The notes: generated from the letters alone by a model not told the origin. A stretch of 32,000 nucleotides of DNA from Nitrospinaceae bacterium (GCA_965237905.1 OZ250172.1:430627-462626); one strand, 5' to 3'. Shown: positions 9,639 to 19,303, numbered from the stretch's first letter. A program made the numbers and translations.

Positions 9639-11276
9639 ATGGCCTTTACCTCCATTTTCGGCATCCAATCCGGCTTCGATTCCGCCAGCCTGTTGGAAAA
9701 ACTGATCGCCCTGCAGGCGCGCCCGATGGACCTCAAACTGGCGCAGGTGCAGGCCAAGGAAACCGAGCTGGAAGCGTTTCAGGATCTACGTACCCAGCTC
9801 CAGACGTTTCAATCGGTGCTCAATGGTATTGGCACGGCCGACCGGTTCAATGTCACCACGGCGGATTTCACGGTGACCGCCGGCACGGGAAACGTACTCA
9901 ACGTCGCCACCACCAGTTCCGCCAGCCCCGGCACGTTTGATATTACGGTAAACGCGCTGGCGCAGGAAACCACCCTGTTGTCGGACACCGGTTACAACGA
10001 CCCCACCGATATCGTGCCGACTGGTATGGGAGGCCCCGGTGCGACCCGTTTTGTCGAAGTGATTGTAGGCGGAGCCATCACCCAGGTCGCTATCAGTAAC
10101 ACGGCTACCGTTCAGGACGTGGTAGACGCTGTCAACGCTTCCGGCGCCGATGTCACGGCTTCCATCATTGATGATGGCGGCGCCGTCGATCCACTCAAAA
10201 TTCAAATTCAAGGCAACCAGCCCGGCACTGCTAATGCAGTGACCGCCCGCGTATTTCGAGTAACGGGGGGCGGCGCGGAACAGGATGAACTCACTTTTAC
10301 CGCGGTGCAAGCGGCAACGGATAATTCCATTACCGTCGACGGCGTGACCTTCATCCGGAGCAGTAACACCATCAGTGATATTATTCCGGGAGTGACGCTC
10401 AATCTGGAATCGCTGGGTTCCGGCACCCTGACCATTTCCACCGACAACACAGCCATCGCCGGAAACATTCAAGATTTCGTGGATGCCTTCAACGAATTGG
10501 TCGCATTTATCGACGAACAGACGGCGTTCAATGCGGAAACATTCGAAACCGGAATTCTATTCGGCAATTCCTCCGTGCAGAGTCTTGAGACGAACCTTAG
10601 AAGGATCGCCACCGGACAAACAACCGGCACCAGCGGCACTTTTGAGTTTTTGTCCCAGATCGGCATCACCACGCAGGACGACGGCACGCTGGCCTTGGAC
10701 GAAGTAAAGCTGGACGCGGCGCTGACAACCGACCTCAACAGTGTGGTGTCTCTGTTCACCTCTTCGGGCAGTGCCACCGACGCCAACGTGACGTTTGTCG
10801 GCTTTACCGACAATACGGTCGCGGGCACTTACGATGTGCGGGTGACGGGCGGTGTTCCCGAGTTACGTCCGGCGGGAGTCGGCGCTTTTATCCCCGCAAT
10901 CAACAACGGTTCTTTTTTCACCGGCGCACCGGGAACAGACGCGGAAGGATTGAGTTTCAGCCTGGCCTCGCTGGTCGACGGCAGTTACGGGACGATCACC
11001 CTTTCTTTGGGAGTGATCCCGCGGTTGAATCAGGAAATTTCGGTTCTGCTCGATTCGTCCCAACAGGGACCGTTGTCTGCCGAACTGGATTCATTGACCA
11101 AAAGCATCGACGACTTGAACGAAACCCTGCTCCGGATGGATGAGCGTCTGGAGTTGTTTGAGAAAAAAATTCGGCAGGAATTTATCAATCTGGAAATTAT
11201 TCTGGGCAAACTCGACGCCCAGAGAAATGCGTTCCAGCAGGCGTTACAAGGTCTGGGCAGTTTTTCCAATCAATAA
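9639..11276 (+). CDS. fliD: Flagellar hook-associated protein 2 (filament cap) FliD
   Basis: MAFTSIFGIQSGFDSASLLEKLIALQARPMDLKLAQVQAKETELEAFQDLRTQLQTFQSVLNGI; coiled-coil C-terminus. ATG at 9639 preferred to the upstream start at 9597. Adjacent to fliS. Confidence 0.88.
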   Translation: MAFTSIFGIQSGFDSASLLEKLIALQARPMDLKLAQVQAKETELEAFQDLRTQLQTFQSVLNGIGTADRFNVTTADFTVTAGTGNVLNVATTSSASPGTFDITVNALAQETTLLSDTGYNDPTDIVPTGMGGPGATRFVEVIVGGAITQVAISNTATVQDVVDAVNASGADVTASIIDDGGAVDPLKIQIQGNQPGTANAVTARVFRVTGGGAEQDELTFTAVQAATDNSITVDGVTFIRSSNTISDIIPGVTLNLESLGSGTLTISTDNTAIAGNIQDFVDAFNELVAFIDEQTAFNAETFETGILFGNSSVQSLETNLRRIATGQTTGTSGTFEFLSQIGITTQDDGTLALDEVKLDAALTTDLNSVVSLFTSSGSATDANVTFVGFTDNTVAGTYDVRVTGGVPELRPAGVGAFIPAINNGSFFTGAPGTDAEGLSFSLASLVDGSYGTITLSLGVIPRLNQEISVLLDSSQQGPLSAELDSLTKSIDDLNETLLRMDERLELFEKKIRQEFINLEIILGKLDAQRNAFQQALQGLGSFSNQ

Positions 11277-11317
11277 GCCTGAACCGAATTTCACGCAGAA
11301 TCTGACGGAATCAAATT

Positions 11318-11755
11318 ATGGCACCCCAAACCGGATTACACAGTTACCAGGTCAACGACATTTCCACCTCCAGCCAGGGCCAATTGATTTTAATGTTGTA
11401 CGATGGGGCTCTGCAGGCGGCGGATCAGGCCATACGATGCATGGGACAGAAAGACGTCGCCGGGCAAAGCCGGCATATTCTGAAAGCTCAGGATATCATC
11501 AACGAACTGTCGCTGGCACTGGACATGAAACAGGGCGGCGAGGTTGCCAAAACACTGGAGCAGTTGTATCAGTTTGTTCTGAACCAATTGATCCAGGCCA
11601 ATATCACCTCGGACAAAATGTATCTGGAATCGGTCATCAAAGTCCTATCTCCCCTGCGCGATGCCTGGAGCCGAATTACTAAAGCCTCCGACGAGGAGGA
11701 GCCTGAGCTCCCGGAACCCGCAGACCCCGCAACGCGCTTCGCCGCAAAATGCTGA
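11318..11755 (+). CDS. fliS: Flagellar export chaperone FliS
   Basis: YQVNDISTSSQGQLILMLYDGALQAADQAIRCM...KAQDIINELSLALDMKQGGEVAKTLEQLYQFVLNQLIQANI. Confidence 0.92.
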   Translation: MAPQTGLHSYQVNDISTSSQGQLILMLYDGALQAADQAIRCMGQKDVAGQSRHILKAQDIINELSLALDMKQGGEVAKTLEQLYQFVLNQLIQANITSDKMYLESVIKVLSPLRDAWSRITKASDEEEPELPEPADPATRFAAKC

Positions 11756-11836
11756 CTCCCTGGCGGGAGAGGCAACTGGCTGACCTTTAACGGCAAACGA
11801 TAATCCCCATGCGCAATTTATGGATTTAAATTTGTT

Positions 11837-11862
11837 CCGGGCCTTGCCCGGCAGCTTTTCTT
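11837..11862 (+). terminator. Possible weak intrinsic terminator downstream of fliS
   Basis: CCGGGC-ctt-GCCCGG perfect 6-bp stem (11837-11851) followed by cagcttttcttt. Confidence 0.4.
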
Positions 11863-11890
11863 TGACATTGAAAAGTACATGTGATAAAAA
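11862..11890 (+). promoter_or_regulatory. Candidate sigma70 promoter for sucCD
   Basis: TTGACA (11862-11867), 17-nt spacer, TAAAAA (11885-11890), ahead of the sucC ATG at 11945. Confidence 0.35.
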
Positions 11891-11944
11891 TCTGCCTCCC
11901 ATCCGAATTATTCACCAAACTTTTGGTTCAAAACAGACGAGCAT

Positions 11945-13105
11945 ATGAAAATCCACGAATACCAAGGCAAGGAACTGTTTCGTAAATACAACGTTCCTGT
12001 ACCCAATGGAAAACTGATTCACGACAAATCTGAAGCGGTGCAGGTCGCCGGGGAAATCGGCACACCGGTGGTGGTGGTCAAAGCCCAGATTCATGCCGGC
12101 GGACGCGGCAAGGGCGGCGGCGTGAAACTTGCCAAGAGTCCGCAGGAAGCGGAACAATACGCCGGTGATATTCTGGGAATGACTCTGGTCACTCACCAGA
12201 CCGGGCCGGAAGGCCGCCTGGTCAAAAAGGTTCTGATCGAAGAAGGCATGGAGATCGTCAAGGAGCTGTACATCAGTCTCCTCATCGACCGGGAAACCAG
12301 CCGGGTGATGATCATGGCCAGCGAGGCGGGCGGCATGGAAATCGAGGAAGTCGCCGCCGAGGAGCCGGAAAAGATTATTACCGAAATCGTGGATCCGATT
12401 GTCGGCGTCAAACCTTACCTCGCGCGCAAAATCGCATTCGCATTGAACCTCAAAGGCGAGCCGCTCAAAAAAGCCATCCCGTTCATCATGAATTTGTATG
12501 AGTGCTTTGTGAAAGAGGATTTGTCGATGCTGGAGATCAATCCTCTGGTGATCACCGGGGACGACCGCATTCTGGCGCTCGACGCCAAAATCGATATCGA
12601 CGACAACGCCCTGGGACGCCATAAGGACACACTGGAATTCCGCGACTTGGATGAAGAAGATCCCAACGAAATCGAAGCCGGGAAATATCACCTCAATTAC
12701 ATTCAATTGGACGGCAACATCGGTTGTATGGTCAACGGCGCGGGCCTGGCGATGGCAACGATGGACATCATCAAACATTCGGGCGGAGAACCGGCCAACT
12801 TTTTGGATGTCGGCGGCGGTGCCAACGAAGAACAGATCGAAAACGCTTTCCGCATTCTGGTTTCCGACGACAAAGTTAAAGCGATCTTCATCAACATCTT
12901 CGGCGGTATTCTCAGGTGCGATATCCTCGCGGCAGGAGTGGTGGCGGCGGCGAAGAAAATTGGCCTTAAAATTCCAGTGGTGGTTCGGATGGAAGGAACC
13001 AATATGGAGGAAGGACACAAAATCCTCAAAGACTCCGGACTCAACTTTATAATTGGCAACGGCATGAAAGATGGCGCCAGGAAAGCGGTGCAGGCAATCC
13101 AATGA
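11945..13105 (+). CDS. sucC: Succinyl-CoA synthetase (ADP-forming) beta subunit
   Basis: [22 protein letters not shown]...[16 protein letters not shown]...[20 protein letters not shown]...IFGGILRCD. Confidence 0.97.
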   Translation: MKIHEYQGKELFRKYNVPVPNGKLIHDKSEAVQVAGEIGTPVVVVKAQIHAGGRGKGGGVKLAKSPQEAEQYAGDILGMTLVTHQTGPEGRLVKKVLIEEGMEIVKELYISLLIDRETSRVMIMASEAGGMEIEEVAAEEPEKIITEIVDPIVGVKPYLARKIAFALNLKGEPLKKAIPFIMNLYECFVKEDLSMLEINPLVITGDDRILALDAKIDIDDNALGRHKDTLEFRDLDEEDPNEIEAGKYHLNYIQLDGNIGCMVNGAGLAMATMDIIKHSGGEPANFLDVGGGANEEQIENAFRILVSDDKVKAIFINIFGGILRCDILAAGVVAAAKKIGLKIPVVVRMEGTNMEEGHKILKDSGLNFIIGNGMKDGARKAVQAIQ

Positions 13106-13971
13106 GCATACTGGTTGACGAAAAAACGAGACTGTTGGTTCAGGGAATTACCGGCCGGGAAGGCCAGTTTCATGCCGAGCAGTGCCGGAAATACGGCACC
13201 CAAGTGGTGGCGGGCGTTACTCCCGGCAAGGGCGGCCAAACGGTGATGGATGATATTCCGGTTTTCAATACCGTCAAACAAGCGGTGGCCAAAACCAAAG
13301 CCAACGCGACGATGATTTTCGTGCCGCCGGCGTTTGCGGCAGATGCGATTCTGGAAGCGGCGGATGCGGGCGTGGAGTTGATCATCTGCATCAGCGAAGG
13401 GATTCCCGTGTACGACATGGTGGAAGTGTACCGCTACCTGCAGGATTCCGATTCGCGATTGATCGGCCCCAACTGCCCCGGTATCATTTCACCGGGCAAA
13501 TGCAAAATCGGCATCATGCCCGCGCACATTCATAAAAAGGGCAACGTCGGCATTATCTCGCGAAGCGGTACGCTGACCTATGAAGCGGTGGGACAGTTGA
13601 CTGCGTTGGGTATCGGCCAGTCCACCTGTGTCGGCATCGGCGGCGACCCCATCATCGGCACCCGTTACATCGACACGCTGAAACTGTTCCAGAAAGACCG
13701 GGCCACCAAAGCCATCTGTCTGATCGGAGAAATCGGCGGAACGGCGGAAGACGAAGCAGCCTACTTCATCAAGAAGCACATCACCAAACCGGTGGTAGGA
13801 TTCATCGCGGGCCAGACCGCCCCCCCGGGACGGCGCATGGGCCATGCCGGCGCCATCATCTCCGGTGGACAGGGCACGGCAGAAGGCAAGATGAAGGTGA
13901 TGAAAAAGTGCGGCATCAAGGTAGTCAAAAGCCCGGCCGACCTCGGCAAAACCATCGCCCGCTGTCTCTAA
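13102..13971 (+). CDS. sucD: Succinyl-CoA synthetase (ADP-forming) alpha subunit
   Basis: [32 protein letters not shown]...[19 protein letters not shown]...[25 protein letters not shown]. Confidence 0.97.
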   Translation: MSILVDEKTRLLVQGITGREGQFHAEQCRKYGTQVVAGVTPGKGGQTVMDDIPVFNTVKQAVAKTKANATMIFVPPAFAADAILEAADAGVELIICISEGIPVYDMVEVYRYLQDSDSRLIGPNCPGIISPGKCKIGIMPAHIHKKGNVGIISRSGTLTYEAVGQLTALGIGQSTCVGIGGDPIIGTRYIDTLKLFQKDRATKAICLIGEIGGTAEDEAAYFIKKHITKPVVGFIAGQTAPPGRRMGHAGAIISGGQGTAEGKMKVMKKCGIKVVKSPADLGKTIARCL

Positions 13972-14049
13972 CGCAAACCGGCCCTAGCACAGACAGACTT
14001 TCCTCTCCAGAAATAAAAATCCGCATCGGGATTCCTGCATCTCAAAACT

Positions 14050-14250
14050 ATGAGCGGGAATCTTGTCTGTAAAAATTGCGGGACGGAGAACGTGGCGCAG
14101 GCCGCGTGGTGTGAGAAGTGTCTCACTCCGTTTCAAACCTACCGGGAGGAGAAAACCCTGCAGTGCCCCCACTGCTTTCATCCCAACGATTATAATCTCG
14201 ACCACTGCGAAGCATGCCACGAACCGCTCAAGCCCGGTCAGTCGGAATGA
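14050..14250 (+). CDS. Small double zinc-ribbon protein
   Basis: Two CxxC...CxxC pairs in 66 aa: CKNC...CEKC and CPHC...CEAC. Confidence 0.6.
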   Translation: MSGNLVCKNCGTENVAQAAWCEKCLTPFQTYREEKTLQCPHCFHPNDYNLDHCEACHEPLKPGQSE

Positions 14251-14691
14251 TTATTCGCTAGCGGCATCGGGATTAACCGACAGATGAGAGAGTTTGGATT
14301 CATAATCCAGATTACTGAACGAATCCCCCTTGCGGAAGTTGCCATAGTACAATCCCGCATAGACCCCGATGATAGTGTGCAGGGCATCATGTGAATTCAA
14401 TCCCTCTTTCATCAGACGCTTATACGTCTCGGCGACGAACTCCGGAGATTCGTCCTGAATCTGCTTGTCCACCATCACGTGCCAGACCGTGTGCACGAAC
14501 GGGTTGATGATCTTGCCATCTATTTCCTGCGGATAGACGGCCATGTCGCCCATTTCCCAGGCGGCATCGAATTCGGGATGCATATCCATCACATCCGCGA
14601 TTCTCTCGTCGACTTCGGCAATATCGTCTCCGCCAATCCGTTCGCCAGCAACTCTGAGAATACGGGTTTGGGTTTCCTTGTCAAACTGCAT
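14251..14691 (-). CDS. DUF1841 family protein
   Basis: INPFVHTVWHVMVDKQIQDESPEFVAETYKRLMKEGLNSHDALHTIIGVYAG resembles DUF1841 proteins. Confidence 0.7.
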   Translation of the reverse strand: MQFDKETQTRILRVAGERIGGDDIAEVDERIADVMDMHPEFDAAWEMGDMAVYPQEIDGKIINPFVHTVWHVMVDKQIQDESPEFVAETYKRLMKEGLNSHDALHTIIGVYAGLYYGNFRKGDSFSNLDYESKLSHLSVNPDAASE

Positions 14692-14790
14692 AATACCTGT
14701 TCTCCAAAATAATTATTAAATCCACGAGAGGCCCGGTTGAGTGGGTATCGGATATCAGCATGCACTGGTAATGTTTAGATGTAAAAAAGC

Positions 14791-15075
14791 TCAAGGGGTC
14801 TCAGAAAAATGAGTCCTGCGATCGCTCCCACTCTTCCCATAGACCATAAATACCCGTTTGCCTTGACGAATGTGATACTTGGCCCATGCCGGGGATTTGC
14901 CATCATAGCTGGCTTCGGGGTCCTCCCCTTCCGCCTTTAAAAAATCCGGGTAGTCCAGCCCTGCCTCATAGACCTCCAGCAGGAGGGAGTCCGAGGTAAA
15001 CCCTTTTCCGGTAAAACTGATTTTACTGAGAAACTGTTCTATTTCGGCAGGATCGTTCAACTCAATCGATTTCAT
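14791..15075 (-). CDS. Hypothetical protein (ORF open to 15222; start at 15075 preferred)
   Basis: MKSIELNDPAEIEQFLSKISF...; GGGAG Shine-Dalgarno-like sequence 4 nt upstream of the ATG at 15075. The longer form overlaps the divergent reading space. Confidence 0.5.
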   Translation of the reverse strand: MKSIELNDPAEIEQFLSKISFTGKGFTSDSLLLEVYEAGLDYPDFLKAEGEDPEASYDGKSPAWAKYHIRQGKRVFMVYGKSGSDRRTHFSETP

Positions 15076-15237
15076 ATCACTCCCGTTACCGGTTTTCAAA
15101 AATTCGATGAAAGGTTTTGCTTCCCATCGGATCGTTTGATAAGCTGATCCTTTGAACAGAAGCCTTATTGAATTTATACCAAACAACCCGACGAATACAA
15201 CGGTTTTCGGGTGATCTATCATAAACAGGAGCGAGTG

Positions 15238-15555
15238 ATGTTAAAACAGGAAAATCAAGTACTCAGTCGCATCGAGCCCAACGGACAGGGGGGCACGCAG
15301 TTTCTGTACCGGGTCAATGATTATGGTGTCGCGGCAGTCACCAGCCCACAGGAAGATGTCGCCCACATTCACTGGCAGGTGGACGTCATCAAATATCAGA
15401 ACAAAGATACCCTGCAATACGACCTGTGTCACACCACGGAACTGGCGAGCAAAAGCCTCACGTTCCGAAACGACAAATCAGTGAACGAATTCCTGGACAA
15501 AGCATTTGTTTACTTTACGGAACTGCAGAATCTGGAAAATATGCTTGAAAAATGA
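15238..15555 (+). CDS. Hypothetical protein
   Basis: MLKQENQVLSRIEPNGQGGTQFLYRVNDYG...; ATG at 15238 with an upstream AGGAG-like SD; the called start at 15211 is less likely. Confidence 0.6.
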   Translation: MLKQENQVLSRIEPNGQGGTQFLYRVNDYGVAAVTSPQEDVAHIHWQVDVIKYQNKDTLQYDLCHTTELASKSLTFRNDKSVNEFLDKAFVYFTELQNLENMLEK

Positions 15556-15941
15556 CTCGTGGCTCCATCACGGGAAAAGCCAACCTCCAACCTCCAGGTT
15601 ATTTGCAGAAAAGCCACTGCCAGAGTCCCAGCCCAAGCCCTGCCCCGTCCATTAAATTTTATATAACTAGTTGATTTTAAATATATTATTGAATTAGCAG
15701 GGCGCCAGAGGGCCGGTCATTTCCGGTCGGACCACTTTTGGGGGAAATGGAATGGTGCTTTTGATAAAAAATATGCTTATTAAAATTGAATTGTCCTTGT
15801 AATCATGATAATTTGTTGCACTTATTTAGACAGGTGGGTACTGCCAAGTTCCTGTTTTATCCACAGTTTCCTTAGACTTTCGAATTGATCATCTCATTTA
15901 TATATAAACCACACCAATAGTTTGAATAAAGGGGAGTAGTT

Positions 15942-17132
15942 ATGTCAGAGAGCACCCAAACCAAGGAAGAATGGGTACCCAAGGGGGATTTACAGGAAAT
16001 AAAGGACCCCGAATGGTTGTTTCACGAAGCACCTCGGAAAACCGAGTTCATTACCGGTAGTGAAGCCGCTCGCGAAGCCATCCGCCGCGCCAATGTAGAT
16101 ATCGCCATTTCCTATCCCATCACCCCGCAGAGTGAAACCATGCAACAGGCGGGTTACCTGTTTGACGAGGGTTATATCAAGGAGTATTACCGAGCTGAGG
16201 AAGAAATCGGGGTTATGTCCGCCCTCGGGGGAGCATCCCGCGCCGGTATACGATCTTTGACAGCCACCTCAGGCCCAGGTTTGATGCGGGGCATGGAAGC
16301 GATTTCTTCATGGCCCGGAGCGCGCACTCCGCTGGTAATGATGAACATGTGCCGCGTCATCAACACCCCTCTCGCGATTCAACCCGACAATATTGAAATT
16401 TCATTCCTGCTGAACACCGGCATATTGCACGCCCATGCCGAAAACCAGCAGGACTTTTTTGATTATTCCCTGGCCGCGTTCATGGTCTCGGAACAAGTGG
16501 ACGTCACCTTGCCTGCCGTGGTTTCAGTGGACGGTTTCTTCGTCACCCACGCCCGCGGTCAGGTGTCCATGTTCTCCGAAGAATACAAACTGCCGCCGCG
16601 TGACGGCTGGCGTGCTGCGATACCGGCCATGGACAACGAAAATCCACCGGCCCGTCTTTCCCGTGACGCTCCTATTCAGAAAAGTAACTTTATCAGTTAC
16701 CACATGCATGCCAGTTGGCAACAGGAAGTCTTTGCGGCGGTCGAACGTTCCGCCAAATACTGGAGAAGATATATCGGCGATCTGATCGAAGTGGTCAATC
16801 CCGATGCCGAGGAATTTGTCGTTTCCTCAGGCGCCTGTGTGTCCCAGGCACGCGAAGCGGTTCGCCAGGAAGGTGAAAAAGGACGGGAAGTCGGATTGGT
16901 TAAAATCAAAACCATCCGACCTTGGCCGAAACTGGAACTCCTTGCGGCGTTGAAAAATGCCAAACGGATTTTCGTTCCAGAATTCAACCAGGCCGGTTGG
17001 TTGCACAAAGAATTGTGCTCCACTCTGTACGGCCAAATCAAGGCTGACATTGTCCCGGGACCGCGCGTTTACGGCGGCATGACCATGCCGACGGAAATGG
17101 TTCTGGAATGGCTGGCGAAGTACCGCAAGTAA
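15942..17132 (+). CDS. 2-oxoacid:ferredoxin oxidoreductase, alpha subunit
   Basis: SYPITPQSETMQQ...LTATSGPGLMRGMEAISSWPGARTPLVMMN...GACVSQAREAVRQEGEKGREVGLVKIKTIRPWP. Confidence 0.93.
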   Translation: MSESTQTKEEWVPKGDLQEIKDPEWLFHEAPRKTEFITGSEAAREAIRRANVDIAISYPITPQSETMQQAGYLFDEGYIKEYYRAEEEIGVMSALGGASRAGIRSLTATSGPGLMRGMEAISSWPGARTPLVMMNMCRVINTPLAIQPDNIEISFLLNTGILHAHAENQQDFFDYSLAAFMVSEQVDVTLPAVVSVDGFFVTHARGQVSMFSEEYKLPPRDGWRAAIPAMDNENPPARLSRDAPIQKSNFISYHMHASWQQEVFAAVERSAKYWRRYIGDLIEVVNPDAEEFVVSSGACVSQAREAVRQEGEKGREVGLVKIKTIRPWPKLELLAALKNAKRIFVPEFNQAGWLHKELCSTLYGQIKADIVPGPRVYGGMTMPTEMVLEWLAKYRK

Positions 17133-17232
17133 TCTCATCGGCGGTTGAATCGAAACGGCCTTTTGGTTATACTGAAAGTCTGTTTTTGCGGATGACTCAC
17201 AACGCATTTCAGGGAAAACCTGAGTTTTCCTT

Positions 17233-17260
17233 TTGAAAAATACTTTTATTTCTACATAAT
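17233..17260 (+). promoter_or_regulatory. Candidate internal promoter between alpha and beta subunit genes
   Basis: TTGAAA (17233-17238), 16-nt spacer, CATAAT (17255-17260), in a 168-bp gap. Confidence 0.35.
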
Positions 17261-17300
17261 CGAAGCTAACGGAATTTCATATATAGAAAGGTATCAAACT

Positions 17301-18182
17301 ATGTCATTAGAAACTGTCAGACCTTCTCCAGGCTATGAAGATATACTCCCCATTGAGTACCGGGATCTGGTCAAGCACGGTCAATACGGCCGCGATGTGA
17401 AAGTCAGTGAAATAGGCAAATTCAAGGAACTCGTCGAAGAGCATCCCATGTGCGCCGGTTGTGCCATGACTCTGTTCATTCGGCTCGCGATGATGGCTTT
17501 GCCCAACCCGGAGCACACCATCAACGTTGGAACCGCCGGTTGCGGACGTCTCGCCATCAGCCAGGCCAACATTCCGTTTATTTACGGAAACTATGGAGAT
17601 ACCAATTCCGTAGCCTCCGGACTGAAACGAGCCTTGAAGGTGCGCTTTCCCAACCAGACGAAAGACGTGGTGGTCATGGCTGGCGACGGTGGCCTGATCG
17701 ACATTGGTTTCCAGGGACTCATGCATTCGTGGTTCCGCCAGGAAAAATTCACCACCATCATGCTTGACAACGAAGTGTACGGAAACACCGGTGGCCAGGA
17801 AAGCGGCATGACCCTGAAGGGGCAAGTCCTCAAAATGGCTCCCCGCGGGAAAGAAGTGGATAAAATTGATGCCCTGGGTCTGGCCAAAGTAGCCGGTTGC
17901 GCCTATATCGCGCAAATCGCGCCGACCAACCCTGCTCGCGTCATGCGCACCATTCGGCGGGCGGTTCTCATTGCTCGGGAAGTCGGCCCCACGTATATTC
18001 AAGCCTATACGTCATGCAATATTGAGTACGCCATTCCCACTCCCGATGTCATGCAAGACGCCTTCGATGTGGAAAAACAACGGTATGGTTTCGAGGAAAT
18101 CATGACCGATGAAGCCAAAGCCTATATCACCGAGATTGAAAAGAAACAAAAAGAGCTGGCTAAAGCGAACGTTAAAAAATAA
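17301..18182 (+). CDS. 2-oxoacid:ferredoxin oxidoreductase, beta subunit (TPP-binding)
   Basis: HPMCAGCAMTLFIRL; TPP region MAGDGGLIDIGFQGLMHSWFRQEKFTTIMLDNEVYGNTGGQESG. Confidence 0.93.
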   Translation: MSLETVRPSPGYEDILPIEYRDLVKHGQYGRDVKVSEIGKFKELVEEHPMCAGCAMTLFIRLAMMALPNPEHTINVGTAGCGRLAISQANIPFIYGNYGDTNSVASGLKRALKVRFPNQTKDVVVMAGDGGLIDIGFQGLMHSWFRQEKFTTIMLDNEVYGNTGGQESGMTLKGQVLKMAPRGKEVDKIDALGLAKVAGCAYIAQIAPTNPARVMRTIRRAVLIAREVGPTYIQAYTSCNIEYAIPTPDVMQDAFDVEKQRYGFEEIMTDEAKAYITEIEKKQKELAKANVKK

Positions 18183-18200
18183 TGAGGAGGTTTCAAATCC

Positions 18201-18920
18201 ATGTCAGAAGTTAAACGTTACAATGTACGAATGGCCGGTCTTGGTGGTCAGGGTGTCGTCACCGCGTCTCATATTTTGAGTAATGCGGTGGTCCTTTCCA
18301 ATGGATTCAGCTCCCTAGTGCCTTTCTTCGGTTCGGAAAAACGCAACGCTCCGGTGGAAAGTTATGTTCGGATTTCAAATGAAGAAATCTACGAGATTGG
18401 GGAGATTGTTTATCCCAACGTATTGATCATTTTCAGCGAACAGGTTATCACGCTGGGGAAATCATACACCATGCCGTTCTATACTGGATTGAAGCAGGAC
18501 GGGATCATTTTGATCAATAATAAAAAGCCGATCAATTTCGTTCCGGACGAGGCTCGTGAAATGGAAGAAAAGGGAGCAAAAGTTTACTATCTCCCAGCCA
18601 CGGAAATGGCGAACGAAGTCGCCAAAACTGAGTTGGCCACCAATATGTGCATGTGTGGCGCCATCTCTGCTATTTTTGGCATGCCCGATCTGGTTGCTTT
18701 GGAAGCATCGGTTAAAGATCGGTTCATCGGTAAAGGTATCGTTGTTTCCGGCGGAACCGCCGCTCTCGACAGCGTTATTGAAAAGAAATTCGCCAAAAAG
18801 CAGAAACTGCTTGAGGCAAATATGAACGCCGTCAAAGCGGCACATCAATACGCCATCGATCACAAATGGGGCGTCCATGCGGATGCCAAGGAAAAAAAGG
18901 AAAAAACGGTTGCTGTTTAA
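18201..18920 (+). CDS. 2-oxoacid:ferredoxin oxidoreductase, gamma subunit
   Basis: VRMAGLGGQGVVTASHILSNAVVL...; gaggagg SD; adjacent to the alpha and beta subunits. Confidence 0.9.
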   Translation: MSEVKRYNVRMAGLGGQGVVTASHILSNAVVLSNGFSSLVPFFGSEKRNAPVESYVRISNEEIYEIGEIVYPNVLIIFSEQVITLGKSYTMPFYTGLKQDGIILINNKKPINFVPDEAREMEEKGAKVYYLPATEMANEVAKTELATNMCMCGAISAIFGMPDLVALEASVKDRFIGKGIVVSGGTAALDSVIEKKFAKKQKLLEANMNAVKAAHQYAIDHKWGVHADAKEKKEKTVAV

Positions 18921-18941
18921 CGAGCACTTATTGGAGAAATC

Positions 18942-19205
18942 ATGTACTACGTTGCTGATGTTAATAAAGAGATTTGCGCCAAGAGCAATTGCCATCTGTG
19001 CACGACTTACTGCCCGGAAGCCAATTGCATCAATTACAGTGAAGAGGACAAGTCAGCCTATGTCTCGGTGGACCGGTGCAAATCCTGCGAAATCTGTGTC
19101 TATATTTGTTCTGATGTTGCTAAAAAGAACGCCATCGAAATGACGTGGATTGAAAATCTGGAAGACCGGTTTGTGATCAAACGCATTGGCCTTGTTCAAA
19201 GATAG
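18942..19205 (+). CDS. 4Fe-4S ferredoxin-type (delta/epsilon) subunit of the 2-oxoacid:ferredoxin oxidoreductase
   Basis: ICAKSNCHLCTTYCPEANC and RCKSCEICVYICSDVAKKNAIEM cysteine clusters, directly downstream of the gamma subunit. Confidence 0.85.
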   Translation: MYYVADVNKEICAKSNCHLCTTYCPEANCINYSEEDKSAYVSVDRCKSCEICVYICSDVAKKNAIEMTWIENLEDRFVIKRIGLVQR

Positions 19206-19223
19206 TACTTCTCTTTAGATTTC

Positions 19224-19260
19224 AAAAGGTATTTGGGCCCCGCCCAAATACCTTTTTTTT
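19224..19260 (+). terminator. Strong intrinsic terminator ending the oxidoreductase cluster
   Basis: aaaaGGTATTTGGGC-ccc-GCCCAAATACCtttttttt: 11-bp perfect stem (15 bp counting A/T flanks), 3-nt loop, T8. Confidence 0.95.
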
Positions 19261-19303
19261 ATTCCGATAAATATTCATTTTCACAAGGGGAACCATTCAA
19301 ATC

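Noticed and set aside
11912-13102. 396-aa minus-strand ORF
   Set aside because: Exactly antisense to sucC, which is unambiguous; composition-driven shadow ORF.
15574-15640. Possible small RNA or hairpin (AACCTCCAACCTCCAGGTT) downstream of the 15238 gene
   Set aside because: Short, imperfect, with no U-tract or conserved RNA family structure that I can support.
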